From assembly GCA_026014615.1 (NCBI GenBank), contig JAOZHZ010000027.1, forward strand, positions 18,920 to 82,919: a stretch of DNA of 64,000 bases. The letters run 5' to 3'. This document shows positions 26,044-35,620 of this stretch, piece after piece. The notes below the pieces were generated by a model. The model was not told where the DNA came from. It worked only from the letters and a program-made list of their open reading frames with translations, and searched no databases. Positions within the stretch are counted from its first letter, which is position 1. Each line of letters begins with the position of its first letter. The translations under genes and the position numbers were made by a program. Source of the stretch: Candidatus Bathyarchaeota archaeon (GTDB taxonomy: Archaea; Thermoproteota; Bathyarchaeia; Bathyarchaeales; Bathycorpusculaceae).

Positions 26044-27282
26044 TTACTGGTTTCTCTTTTGTGAAACCCTTTTTTTGAAGGCACCCACAAACACACACGA
26101 CAAAGCAGCTACTACTGCCAAGACCGTGGTGGGGTTCATTTCTGGAATTGTCGGAGAAGGCGAAGGCGTATCTGGCGGTGAAGTCAGAAGTGGCGCGTCA
26201 GAGTCAGGCATCGCTTGTGGGTTAGGTTCTGTCAAGAAAGGAACAAAATTGACCGTGCCCAGAGAAAAATCCTTCTTAAAATCGTAAATGGACTGATTAA
26301 TAGCTTCAACGTCTGTTGTACCCCACCAATTATAAGCGGCATCAACATCAAAATTCGCTTTCTCCGCAAGAGCCACACTATCTCTTCCGCCAACTGTAGC
26401 GAATGGGAAATTATTATAAGCAATTACAGGCGTGGACGAAGCCTGCACTAAAATGTTTGTGACACTTTCAATCGTGTTATTCCTAATAATACCGTTTCCA
26501 ACTTCAACTCCAATATTGGCGCTTGAAATAAAGTTTCTTTCGACAACCCCATATGCGGCAGAAATGCCTATGCGGCAGTTAACTATGTTATTGTTTGAGA
26601 TGTATGGGTTGCCTCTCATCACTTCAATGCATGCACGCACATCATCGGGGCTTTGAATGCTATTATTGAAAATTATCGGTGAACCATCCTCAACGATAAC
26701 TCGAAAACTGGATAATTTGTTGCCAGAGACTATGGGGATTCCGCAATTGATAGTTAATGATGTTATAGGTCCACGGAAGCGGTTGTTTACTATTAGAGGC
26801 GAACCATCATTGATTACAATTACTGGTCGCCCATAGCTTGAATCAATCTTTGGCGATGCCCCATTAATTGTGATTTTGAACGACGAGGGCATATTTCCAT
26901 ACTTGATCACGCTGCCCACGCCAGTTTGTTTATCCCAACTCTTGCTAGAAGGCATAAACCTGATTTCACCATCAGTCAAAAAAGAAACTGGTTCACTATC
27001 ACTGCCTTTTGCAACCAAAGTGCCATTCACTTGCATGTACATATCAGAATTAAAATCAACGTGGACTCCTGCCTCAATAGTTAAGGTTACCCCCTCGTTT
27101 ACAGCAACTGGACCCGTTAACCGATAAGGGCTGTTTGATTTTGTCCAAGTTGTATCCGAACGAATAACGCCAACTACATCAGTATATGTCTGGGCAGTTC
27201 CAAAATTAGCGGTAAAAACCGAAACGAAAACACAAATCAGTGTCGCCATCAAAACCCCCGTCAAGAGATAAGAGTTCTTCAT
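26044..27282 (-). CDS. Secreted right-handed beta-helix repeat protein with a PEF-CTERM-like tail (PEM variant)
   Basis: A signal peptide is followed by reiterated ~22-aa I/V-x-N-N/G repeats. The tail is PSPTIPEMNPTTVLAVVAALSCVFVGAFKKR. Confidence 0.8.
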   Translation of the reverse strand: MKNSYLLTGVLMATLICVFVSVFTANFGTAQTYTDVVGVIRSDTTWTKSNSPYRLTGPVAVNEGVTLTIEAGVHVDFNSDMYMQVNGTLVAKGSDSEPVSFLTDGEIRFMPSSKSWDKQTGVGSVIKYGNMPSSFKITINGASPKIDSSYGRPVIVINDGSPLIVNNRFRGPITSLTINCGIPIVSGNKLSSFRVIVEDGSPIIFNNSIQSPDDVRACIEVMRGNPYISNNNIVNCRIGISAAYGVVERNFISSANIGVEVGNGIIRNNTIESVTNILVQASSTPVIAYNNFPFATVGGRDSVALAEKANFDVDAAYNWWGTTDVEAINQSIYDFKKDFSLGTVNFVPFLTEPNPQAMPDSDAPLLTSPPDTPSPSPTIPEMNPTTVLAVVAALSCVFVGAFKKRVSQKRNQ

Positions 27283-27318
27283 GCCGCAGCCACCAATTAA
27301 CTATGGGTTTATTTTGCA

Positions 27319-27356
27319 TAAAAGCGTGTTTGTTAAGATTTATTGACGCAAAAAAC
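27319..27356 (-). promoter_or_regulatory. Conserved upstream element, copy 4 (most diverged)
   Basis: TAAAAGCGTGTTTGTTAAGATTTATTGACGCAAAAAAC aligns without gaps to 52901, 53921 and 63732. It lies 36 nt upstream of the ATG at 27282. Confidence 0.5.
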
Positions 27357-27520
27357 CTGCTAAAACAACCACATTTTTAGCAAAGACTTTGCAGATTGCT
27401 TTTTCTTTATTCTGTTTTTCATGGAAAAGTGCCTCATGAATACCGAGACTCCGTTGGTTTTTGGGAAAAGCTTAATTCTGCAATTGTTCCTGTCACTTAA
27501 ACCATAAGAGTGGATTTTGT

Positions 27521-28588
27521 ATGGCTAGGCTTTCGGAATTAAAGTTCGCGATGGGAACCAGCATATTCGCAACTGCCTTCATATTTGGCGCTTTCTTAAT
27601 CGGCGTCATATTTCTCATTCAATACTACGTCGTAGGCTTCAACATAGTTACAGGGCTGCTTCTGGCTTTGGGCGGTACAGCCCTTTTCATTCTGTTTGAA
27701 TACTTCATCGGGCCCGTAATCGTCAGCGCCACTACCCACTTGCACTACCTTAAGCCTGGCGAGAATCCGTGGCTGGAAAACATGGTTAAAGACCTCGCTG
27801 CAAAAAGCGGTATACCTATGCCCAAACTTGCTACGGTGCCCAATAACACGCCCAACGCTTTCACTTACGGCAGAAGTCAAAGTAGTGCTGTTCTGGCGGT
27901 TCATGAGGGTCTTTTGCGGCAGCTTAACGAAGATGAAGTGCGTGGGGTCATAGCCCACGAGTTGGGGCACATAAAACACAAAGATTACATTGTCATGACG
28001 GTTCTGTCTGCTTTGCCTCTGCTTGCCTACTGGATATCCCAAATCACCCTAACTGCTAGCTGGTTTAGCGGCGGCTCCCGTAGGCGGGGCAGGGACGAGG
28101 GAAATGCAGGTATCATACTAATCGCGATAGGCGTAATTTCCTTTGTAGTTTACATCGTTTCGTTCTTGGCCGTCATGCGGCTTAGCAGGCTGCGGGAGCA
28201 TTACGCGGACTCCTACAGCGCCTACCTCACCCACAATCCCCGAAGCCTCCAAAGCGCCCTGTCAAAAATCACTTACGGCTTATCCATAGCGCCCAAACCT
28301 GCCACTAGCGCCAGAAGCTTCTACATCGAAGACCCCTCCCAGGCGAAACGGGAAATTGCTCGGATAATGGAGAAGAAAAACCAGTACGACCTAGACCGCG
28401 ACGGCGTCTTAGACGAGCGCGAACTGGAGCATGCTATGGAGAAGGAAGCTAAATCCACTTGGGCGCAAATGAACCGCGTGTTCGCGACGCACCCGCCCAC
28501 TTTCAAGAGGATTCTGCTGCTTCGGGAAATTGAACGCGAAATGAACACGGGCAAGTACAGCAATGACCGCATCTATGCCCACGTTTAA
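27521..28588 (+). CDS. htpX: HtpX-like M48 zinc metalloprotease
   Basis: TM helices plus HELGHIKHKD (HExxH) and a downstream EHYADSYSA. Confidence 0.85.
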   Translation: MARLSELKFAMGTSIFATAFIFGAFLIGVIFLIQYYVVGFNIVTGLLLALGGTALFILFEYFIGPVIVSATTHLHYLKPGENPWLENMVKDLAAKSGIPMPKLATVPNNTPNAFTYGRSQSSAVLAVHEGLLRQLNEDEVRGVIAHELGHIKHKDYIVMTVLSALPLLAYWISQITLTASWFSGGSRRRGRDEGNAGIILIAIGVISFVVYIVSFLAVMRLSRLREHYADSYSAYLTHNPRSLQSALSKITYGLSIAPKPATSARSFYIEDPSQAKREIARIMEKKNQYDLDRDGVLDERELEHAMEKEAKSTWAQMNRVFATHPPTFKRILLLREIEREMNTGKYSNDRIYAHV

Positions 28589-28674
28589 ACCTGCATCTGC
28601 CTATCTAGAAATGCTCGTATTCACGACAAAGAAGCGGTAAGCTCTTAAACCTAAGTGTCGAGGGATAACTAAAG

Positions 28675-29946
28675 ATGGTGACCTCTCCAGAAAGCAGCCC
28701 AACCGACAATTTTGTTTACCCCTGCTACGAAAGAGACTGCATCTCCAACTTACCCAACGCGATTCTTGACCTGTTTAACGTTAAATGCAGCAAACCCCGA
28801 CTGCCCTTGACAGAGCTTGGAGAAATCGGCTTAGAAACAGTAAGTAAAGTGGTGCTTTTGGTTCTGGACGGGTTTGGATTTAACCAGTTTCTGCAGCGCA
28901 AAAGCATTTTTCGTTTTCTATCTAATCTTTCTTGTAAAGGCACTGTTTTTCCTTTAACAAGTGTTTTTCCTTCCCAAACCACCAATGCGTTGACTACTTT
29001 GAATACGGGTTTAATGCCCCAAGAACACGGGCTCTTTGAATACTTAATCTACCTTAAAGAAGCAGGACAAATCGTAGACAGCCTATCGTTCACGCCCATA
29101 AGTAACCCTCCACATTCCTATGGGTCCCAAACCAAGGTATCAAATGTCTCTTTTAAAGGCAAAACTATCTATACGGCGCTCAAAGCTGCAGGCATCAAAA
29201 GTTACACTCATGCATACAGGCTCCACGCATACAGTGCTTGCTCAAACCTGCTCTTTGAAGGCAGCACTATTGTGCCATCCCTAAAATCCTCCGACCTAGT
29301 TGTGAACCTGCGGCGCACCCTAGAAGACAGTCAAGGTCAAGCCTACTTCTTTGCACATTTCGACACGCTGGACACAATCGCGCACGAATACGGACCCGAC
29401 AGCCCTGAATACAGCGCAGAATTATCCGTGATTTTCCACTTGTTAAGCAAGGAATTAGCTGAAAAAATCGACCCGCAAACCGCAAAAGAAACCCTAATTT
29501 TAGTCACAGCAGACCACGGCGAAGCAAACATTGCCCCCGAACTAACTACTTACCTGAACCAGTTTCCCGAGGTGCTCAAGAACCTGCAATGCGGCGGAGA
29601 CGGGAAACCGATTTTGCCTACAGGTGGTCCCCGAGACGTTTTTCTTCATGTTAAAGAGGAAAAGTTGGTGGAGACGCAGGATTTGCTGTCCAAGAAAATC
29701 GGTGACAAAGCTCAAATTCTTCAAACTGCAGAAGCAGTACGGAAAGGTTTCTTTGGTATTGGTGAGGCGTCAGAGGCGTTTCTTGAGCGTGCTGGAAACT
29801 TGATGATTCTACCTTACAGTAATGAGACTGTGTGGTTTGAGTTCTTTGAGGGTAGAAAGCTCAATCTTCGGGGTCATCATGGAGGCTTAAGTAAAGAGGA
29901 AATGCTTGTTCCTTTCGGAATGGCTAAGCTAAGCGACCTTAAATAA
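28675..29946 (+). CDS. Alkaline-phosphatase-superfamily protein (type I phosphodiesterase/nucleotide pyrophosphatase-like)
   Basis: LVLDGFG, FPSQTTNALTTLNTG, FDTLDTIAHEYGP, TADHGE and GHHGG. Confidence 0.75.
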   Translation: MVTSPESSPTDNFVYPCYERDCISNLPNAILDLFNVKCSKPRLPLTELGEIGLETVSKVVLLVLDGFGFNQFLQRKSIFRFLSNLSCKGTVFPLTSVFPSQTTNALTTLNTGLMPQEHGLFEYLIYLKEAGQIVDSLSFTPISNPPHSYGSQTKVSNVSFKGKTIYTALKAAGIKSYTHAYRLHAYSACSNLLFEGSTIVPSLKSSDLVVNLRRTLEDSQGQAYFFAHFDTLDTIAHEYGPDSPEYSAELSVIFHLLSKELAEKIDPQTAKETLILVTADHGEANIAPELTTYLNQFPEVLKNLQCGGDGKPILPTGGPRDVFLHVKEEKLVETQDLLSKKIGDKAQILQTAEAVRKGFFGIGEASEAFLERAGNLMILPYSNETVWFEFFEGRKLNLRGHHGGLSKEEMLVPFGMAKLSDLK

Positions 29947-30099
29947 TTAAGTATAAGCCTGAAGGAGTTGACTTATCCTTTCTCTGCACTACGGTGGCTT
30001 TTGGAGTTTCAACTGGTAGATAGCGAAAATCTTCGGTTTTAGGGCGAAGACTAATATCTGCCTAGCCACGTTTATTGTAAAAACAGAGGGAAAATGTAG

Positions 30100-30306
30100 A
30101 TGCCGTATTGTCCTGAATGTGGCGGCGAAATGATTTACAACATAGCCACCAAGCACTTCACGTGCAAAAGTTGCGGTTTAACTGTCACTCAACAGGAACT
30201 TATGGACCTCAGGGAACGTAACCGTCCCCCAGAAGAAACCGAGGATGAAATTCGGCAGAACCGCAGAAAAGAGTACTTGAAGTGGTATCTCAGCAGCAAG
30301 AAGTAG
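30100..30306 (+). CDS. Small zinc-ribbon protein
   Basis: 68 aa, MPYCPECGGEM...CKSCG, with a basic C-terminal tail. The RBS is GAGGGA. TAG stop. Confidence 0.6.
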   Translation: MPYCPECGGEMIYNIATKHFTCKSCGLTVTQQELMDLRERNRPPEETEDEIRQNRRKEYLKWYLSSKK

Positions 30307-30401
30307 CAGCCGCTCTGAAGCGGTTTTTAGCGATTGGTTAGCAAACAGTATAAAAGTCAAACTTCCTTCTATGAAGCTATCACCAAAAACGGGGCAAGAC
30401 A

Positions 30402-31223
30402 ATGACGGTTGACATGGAGATAGTTTGCATCGGCAATGAACTTCTTATAGGCAAAGTCGTAAACACCAACGCCAGTTGGATGGGCAAGCGCGCCACCTCA
30501 CTGGGTGTTGCCGTGAAACGAATAACAGTTGTCGCAGACAACATCGAAGAAATGGCGACGGCGTTCCATGAAGTTCTCGCCCGAAAACCACGATTTGTGG
30601 TAACTACGGGTGGGTTAGGACCAACATTTGACGACAAAACTTTAGAAGGCATCGCCAAAGCCCTCAACCGAAACCTCGCAGTGAATCAAGAAGCCCTTGA
30701 CATGGTCAAAGCGAAATACGCAAAGTACGCCAAAACACGAAACATCCCCGAAGGCGAGCTAACTCCTGCTCAAGTGAAAATGGCGACCCTTCCCGAAGGC
30801 ACTATGCCCCTTGTGAACCCTGTTGGAACCGCCCCTGGTGTCCGCGTAGACGTTGACGGCGCTGTCTTGTTTGTGTTGCCTGGGGTGCCGCGGGAAATGG
30901 AGGCTATTTTTGAAGCATCTTTGATGCCTCTTTTGCGGTCAGCGACTGGGGATGTAGGTTTCTTTGAACTCAGCTTGTATGTCGATAACCTCATGGAGTC
31001 CGTTCTAGCTCCACTCATAGACAACGTGATGCATGAGAACCCTCTGGTTTACATAAAATCCCACCCCAAAGGCAGAGAAGGTACCCCTAACATGGGGGAG
31101 CTGCACCTTTCGACGTCTGGTTTGCCTTCAGAGAATCCTCAGGAACGGCTAAAGAAGGCTGCTGTTCAGCTTTCCGTTTTGATGGAGAAGACAGGAGCCA
31201 AAGTAGTAAGGTCAGAAACGTAA
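30402..31223 (+). CDS. CinA-like molybdopterin-binding (MoCF) domain protein
   Basis: IVCIGNELLIGKVVNTNASWMGK...VVTTGGLGPTFDDKT. Confidence 0.8.
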   Translation: MTVDMEIVCIGNELLIGKVVNTNASWMGKRATSLGVAVKRITVVADNIEEMATAFHEVLARKPRFVVTTGGLGPTFDDKTLEGIAKALNRNLAVNQEALDMVKAKYAKYAKTRNIPEGELTPAQVKMATLPEGTMPLVNPVGTAPGVRVDVDGAVLFVLPGVPREMEAIFEASLMPLLRSATGDVGFFELSLYVDNLMESVLAPLIDNVMHENPLVYIKSHPKGREGTPNMGELHLSTSGLPSENPQERLKKAAVQLSVLMEKTGAKVVRSET

Positions 31224-31283
31224 GGGTAGTTTAGCGGTTGCTTTTTCGTAATGCTTATTTGCCCTTCAACCTTTGAATATGTA

Positions 31284-31323
31284 GAGTACGTTTAGACGCG
31301 GATGAGTACGTTTAGAAGCGGAT
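31284..31323 (+). repeat. Tandem 20-nt direct repeat (2 units, 1 mismatch) just upstream of the start codon
   Basis: GAGTACGTTTAGACGCGGAT / GAGTACGTTTAGAAGCGGAT. Confidence 0.9.
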
Positions 31324-31328
31324 TAGAG

Positions 31329-32474
31329 ATGAAAGTTTTTGTGAAGTTTGTGGTTGTAGTGTTTTTGGCTTTTATGTTGTTTAGCGTGGTGCCTACGGTT
31401 TCAGCTCAGGATGCTGCCTCGTCGTTTAAGCTTCTAAACCAAGAAGACGCAACTTTCAGTCATACACTTACTGTTATCGTTCCTCAGTCCCTTTACGAGT
31501 ATTATGGTGAACTCAGTCACAAATCCACTGTAACCTCGGATTTCCCAAAATTTGTTACCCCTTACTCTGTACAGCCCATAGCCGACTGTCTACGGCAGAT
31601 TTACCCTGACGATGAAGACTTCGCCAACGGTGTACTCACTTTGGTACATCAAATTCCTTACGAAGAAATCCGCGAGCAGTACTATCCTGTTGAGACTCTG
31701 CAGAAAAACAGTGGTGACTGTGACATGTTTTCGCTTCTTGCTGCGTCAATTTTGAAGGGAGGTGGCTTAGACGTTAAACTGCTGCATTACCCCAGCGAGG
31801 ATCACATGAACGTGGGTGTCCACCTTGACAGTTTCCCACAAGATGCGCGTACGGACGTTTACTCGTTTAAAAACCAAGACATAACCTACTACGTTGGGGA
31901 GTGTACTAGTTCAAACTGGCAGAAAGGCTGGAGAGTCGGAGAGTGCCCTGAAGACCTAATTAATGTTCCCATGAAAATTGTGCCGCTTGAGGACTCTGAA
32001 TCGATTGCGCCTGGACAGGTTTCTGCAAGCTTTAAGAAACTGCAGTCTACGACGCTGGATGTTGAGTTTTCTACTTTCTTTGCTCTTCAAGGCTCAGTAG
32101 TTACTGTGAATGGTCAAATTGCTCCTGCGGTGTCCAACCAGAATGTTACTCTTTACGTGAACTCTAATGGTTCCCCGTGGTGGGTTCTGGATACAACAGT
32201 TACAGAGGCGAACGGGCGGTTTTCATATGTTTGGGAGTCGGATGCGTTGGGCGCGGTGGGAGTGCGTGCAAGCTGGAACGGCAACGACCAGTACGCGGGA
32301 ACCACCAGCGGCACCCAACACACGCTGATTCTGCCTTTCTACATCGTGGCACTTGGCGCCCTCGCATTAACCTGCATAATTGTCTGTATCGTCGCGTTTG
32401 CGGTTTCAAGAAGGAACCGGCAAAAACGGCTTGTCCAACAGATGGAAACAGCATCTTACTCCTATGACATCTAA
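31329..32474 (+). CDS. Secreted transglutaminase-like cysteine protease-fold protein with an Ig-like domain and C-terminal TM
   Basis: A signal peptide is followed by NSGDCDMFSLLAASIL...DHMNVGVH, a Cys/His arrangement like transglutaminase cores. The tail is hydrophobic. Confidence 0.6.
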   Translation: MKVFVKFVVVVFLAFMLFSVVPTVSAQDAASSFKLLNQEDATFSHTLTVIVPQSLYEYYGELSHKSTVTSDFPKFVTPYSVQPIADCLRQIYPDDEDFANGVLTLVHQIPYEEIREQYYPVETLQKNSGDCDMFSLLAASILKGGGLDVKLLHYPSEDHMNVGVHLDSFPQDARTDVYSFKNQDITYYVGECTSSNWQKGWRVGECPEDLINVPMKIVPLEDSESIAPGQVSASFKKLQSTTLDVEFSTFFALQGSVVTVNGQIAPAVSNQNVTLYVNSNGSPWWVLDTTVTEANGRFSYVWESDALGAVGVRASWNGNDQYAGTTSGTQHTLILPFYIVALGALALTCIIVCIVAFAVSRRNRQKRLVQQMETASYSYDI

Positions 32475-32773
32475 AGCCGTCACTTCGGAATTTTTTGCCT
32501 TCTACCAAACCTATTTGGATCCTAAATATCCATTGTATGCAGAAAACGGGGGAGGGGGGGGGTCAAATAACACCTTTTTTGGCAAAGAAACGCTGAGTCT
32601 ATTTGGTTGCTACTATTATTTCTATGCAGAAACGATGGGGGTAGGTCTACAGGCGCCTTTTTGAAAACAAGAGCTCTCTGTCAGTATTGACGTTTTTCGG
32701 GTCTAAAAGTTTGTTGAAAACTATTGGCGTGGAAGAGACGAAAAACAAATGGGAAAAGAGAGGGCTTGGTCGC

Positions 32774-33937
32774 CTATTTGAGGGCTTTTGCAAGTTCTTG
32801 GGCTTTGTCGGTTCGCTCCCAGGGGAGGTCGATGTCTTCTCTGCCGAAGTGCCCAAACACTGCAGTTTGCCTGTAAATTGGTCGCAGCAACTGCAGGTGT
32901 TCGATGATGGCTTTGGGTCGCATGTCAAAGTTTTTGTGGACCAACGCTAGGATTTCTTCGTCGCTGCATTTGCCTGTGCCAAACGTGTTTACGAGGACGC
33001 TGATGGGTTGGGCGACGCCGATGGCGTAGCTGATTTGGATTTCGCATTGTTCTGCTAGTCCTGCGGCGATGATGTTTTTGGCGATGTAGCGTGCCATGTA
33101 GCATCCGCTGCGGTCTACTTTGCTGGGGTCTTTGCCGCTGAAGCATCCGCCACCGTGGCTGCCGACGCCTCCGTAGGTGTCGACGATGATTTTTCTGCCT
33201 GTGAGTCCTGAGTCGGCGAGGGTTCCGCCGATGACGAAGCGTCCGGTGCCGTTGATGATGTATTTGGTGTCTGGTCGGAGCAGGTTTTTGGGGATGATGT
33301 GTTTGATGACTTTTTCGATGATTTCTTTTTTGAGTTCTGTGTCGTTTAACCCGCCGTTGTTCTGCGCGGCGATGACGACTGCGGTTACGCATTGGGGTTT
33401 GCCGTCGAGGTATTCGACGGTGACTTGGCTTTTGCAGTCGGGGCGTAGGCAGGGGATGATTTTTTTGTGTCTGCATTCCGCCAGTCGCTTCACCAGTTTG
33501 TGTGAGAGCATGATGGGTAGGGGCATGAGTTCTTTGGTTTCGTTGGTGGCGTATCCGAAGACCATGCCTTGGTCTCCTGCGCCTTGTTCGTGTCCTTCCG
33601 ACTCGGTGACTCCCATCGAAATGTCCGGGCTCTGCTCGGTGAGGGAGACAAGTATGCCGCAGGTTTCCCAGTCTAAGCCGTCTTTGGCGTTGTCTAAGCC
33701 GATTTCTTTGAGGGCGACTCGGACGATTTTTGGGATGTTTACGTAGGTTTTGGTGGTGATTTGTCCGGTGACGACGACGGTTCCCTGCATGACGAGGGTT
33801 TCGGCGTCTACGCGGGCTTTGGGGTCTTTACATAAGATTGCGTCTAAGATGCTGTCGGAGACTTGGTCAGAAACCTTGTCTGGGTGACCTTCCCCGACTG
33901 ATTCAGACGTAAACAAGTATTTGCCGTCTTTTTTCAT
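32774..33937 (-). CDS. metK: S-adenosylmethionine synthetase, bacterial/eukaryal MetK type
   Basis: [43 protein letters not shown]. 387 aa. Confidence 0.95.
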   Translation of the reverse strand: MKKDGKYLFTSESVGEGHPDKVSDQVSDSILDAILCKDPKARVDAETLVMQGTVVVTGQITTKTYVNIPKIVRVALKEIGLDNAKDGLDWETCGILVSLTEQSPDISMGVTESEGHEQGAGDQGMVFGYATNETKELMPLPIMLSHKLVKRLAECRHKKIIPCLRPDCKSQVTVEYLDGKPQCVTAVVIAAQNNGGLNDTELKKEIIEKVIKHIIPKNLLRPDTKYIINGTGRFVIGGTLADSGLTGRKIIVDTYGGVGSHGGGCFSGKDPSKVDRSGCYMARYIAKNIIAAGLAEQCEIQISYAIGVAQPISVLVNTFGTGKCSDEEILALVHKNFDMRPKAIIEHLQLLRPIYRQTAVFGHFGREDIDLPWERTDKAQELAKALK

Positions 33938-34067
33938 AGCAACATCCTTCAGGCTTTGGTATGATGAGAGTTCTTATAACCAGACATTTTTCTTAAAAGC
34001 CTTTCTACAAAACCAACAACCCAACAAGCGCTTGACTCACGGAAAAGATGGGAAAAGATGGCTATGC

Positions 34068-34102
34068 TGTGAATTTGTCGATTTGCAAGCAGAAACAAAT
34101 TG
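34068..34102. promoter_or_regulatory. Shared upstream sequence blocks (also at 46319..46345)
   Basis: TGTGAATTTGT (34068-34078) and AAGCAGAAACAAATTG (34087-34102) are identical to 46319-46329 and 46330-46345. Confidence 0.45.
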
Positions 34103-34201
34103 AAACTTTTCTGTTATTTTTTGTGCTTTTTTCACTCAATGGGGCGTAGTAGGTTATATGGGGGGTTGCTGAACGTGTTTCAAAAAACAAAACAAAGGTG
34201 A

Positions 34202-35530
34202 ATGCTTATCATCCAGCAAGTACACAACTACAAAACGGAGTTTTCCGACATGGATGCTGCAATTGCTGCCCAAAACGGCCTCGAATGTGTGCTTGAAGCC
34301 AAGGCTGGCGAGCGTATAGTTATTTTCTGTGATGATAGCCGTGCTCAGGTGGGAGAAGCCTTCGAGGCAGGCGCATTGAATCTGAAGCTTGACACCAAGC
34401 TGGTTCTTCTTGAAACCCGTTCTGACGTTTTTCGCACTGAAATCCCCCCGCAGCTAAACAAGTACCTAAATGAGGAACGCCCACACATCTACATCAACCT
34501 GTTCCGTGGAACTCATCAAGAAACCCCTTTCCGTATAAAGTTCATTCAAGCCGAAACCCGCGACAAAAAAACTCGCTTAGGACACTGCCCCGGCGTAAAC
34601 CCTGAAATGCTCACAGACGGTGCGTTGGCTTTGACCGCAGATGAGCATAGGGAAATGCAGACGTTTGCACAGATGCTCATGGGAAAACTTCACGACGCCC
34701 AAAAAATTGAGATAACTACCCCTGCGGGAACTAAACTGCGTCTAAGCGTTAAAGCGCGCGCCTTCATTACGGATACGGCGTTGGATTGGGAGTTGATGAA
34801 GTGGATGAACCTGCCCACCGGAGAAGTCTTTGTTGCACCTGTTGAGGACTCGCTGGAGGGCAAGATGGTGTGTGACATGGCAATCGGCGGCATCGGACCC
34901 GTAGACAAACTCGTTGGCATCAAAGTTCGCAAGGGGAAAGTGGAAGCCGTAACCTGCGACAACCCCGAAACCCTGCGCAAAGTCCAAAACTCCCTACACA
35001 TAGACGACATGGCAAAAGTTGTGGGTGAATTCGCGTTTGGCATAAACCCCAAAGCTCGATTCGTCAAAGAATTCTTGGAAGCTGAAAAGCTGCTTGGTAC
35101 GGTGCATATTGCGTTTGGGGCCAACTTGGACATGCCTGGAGGTAAAAATGACTCCGCGAACCACATGGACTTCATGATGAACAAGCCCACGGTAAAAGCC
35201 ATTCTGCAGGGCGGCACAAAAATCACCCTGCTTGCCGACGGAGTATTCCAAACAGACAACCCGCCGCCCGCCCCAGAGCAAGAAGAGACGCTGCCCATCA
35301 GCGACTTCTACAAAGTCATCGACTACCAGACCATATACAAAACCGATGTCTGGTGGGAAGCCGTCGTCATCTTCGAAACCTATAACAGACGCCAAATAGG
35401 CATGTATCTGTGGCAGAAACGCGGCGGCGTGTGGAAACGCAAAAACAAGTTCAGCATCCGAAACCTCTATGAATGGGGCAAAATCAAAAACGTCGTAGAC
35501 CAACTGTTCCAAAAAATAGCCAATGAATAG
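34202..35530 (+). CDS. M29-family aminopeptidase (aminopeptidase T/PepS-like) with an extra C-terminal domain
   Basis: LPTGEVFVAPVE and GTVHIAFGAN. After a PPPAPEQEE linker comes an ~85-aa W/K-rich tail. The start may be the ATG at 34250. Confidence 0.75.
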   Translation: MLIIQQVHNYKTEFSDMDAAIAAQNGLECVLEAKAGERIVIFCDDSRAQVGEAFEAGALNLKLDTKLVLLETRSDVFRTEIPPQLNKYLNEERPHIYINLFRGTHQETPFRIKFIQAETRDKKTRLGHCPGVNPEMLTDGALALTADEHREMQTFAQMLMGKLHDAQKIEITTPAGTKLRLSVKARAFITDTALDWELMKWMNLPTGEVFVAPVEDSLEGKMVCDMAIGGIGPVDKLVGIKVRKGKVEAVTCDNPETLRKVQNSLHIDDMAKVVGEFAFGINPKARFVKEFLEAEKLLGTVHIAFGANLDMPGGKNDSANHMDFMMNKPTVKAILQGGTKITLLADGVFQTDNPPPAPEQEETLPISDFYKVIDYQTIYKTDVWWEAVVIFETYNRRQIGMYLWQKRGGVWKRKNKFSIRNLYEWGKIKNVVDQLFQKIANE

Positions 35531-35620
35531 CTGTTTTGGCTTAGAATATGTGTTTTCGTCGGTTTGGGTGATAAATTATAATAGTTAATTGTCGAAATAG
35601 AGAGTAAGGCGGTTTAATAT

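Noticed and set aside
32925-33746. Long ORFs overlapping metK (32925..33476 minus strand in an alternative frame; 33177..33746 plus strand)
   Set aside because: Their R/H/Q/P-rich, low-complexity translations lie entirely inside a strongly supported metK CDS, so they are shadow ORFs.
33961-33967. C/D-box sRNA candidates (ATGATGA at 33961; GTGATGA at 37104)
   Set aside because: No D box (CTGA) at an appropriate distance and no terminal stem. The first lies in the metK 5' leader on the opposite strand.
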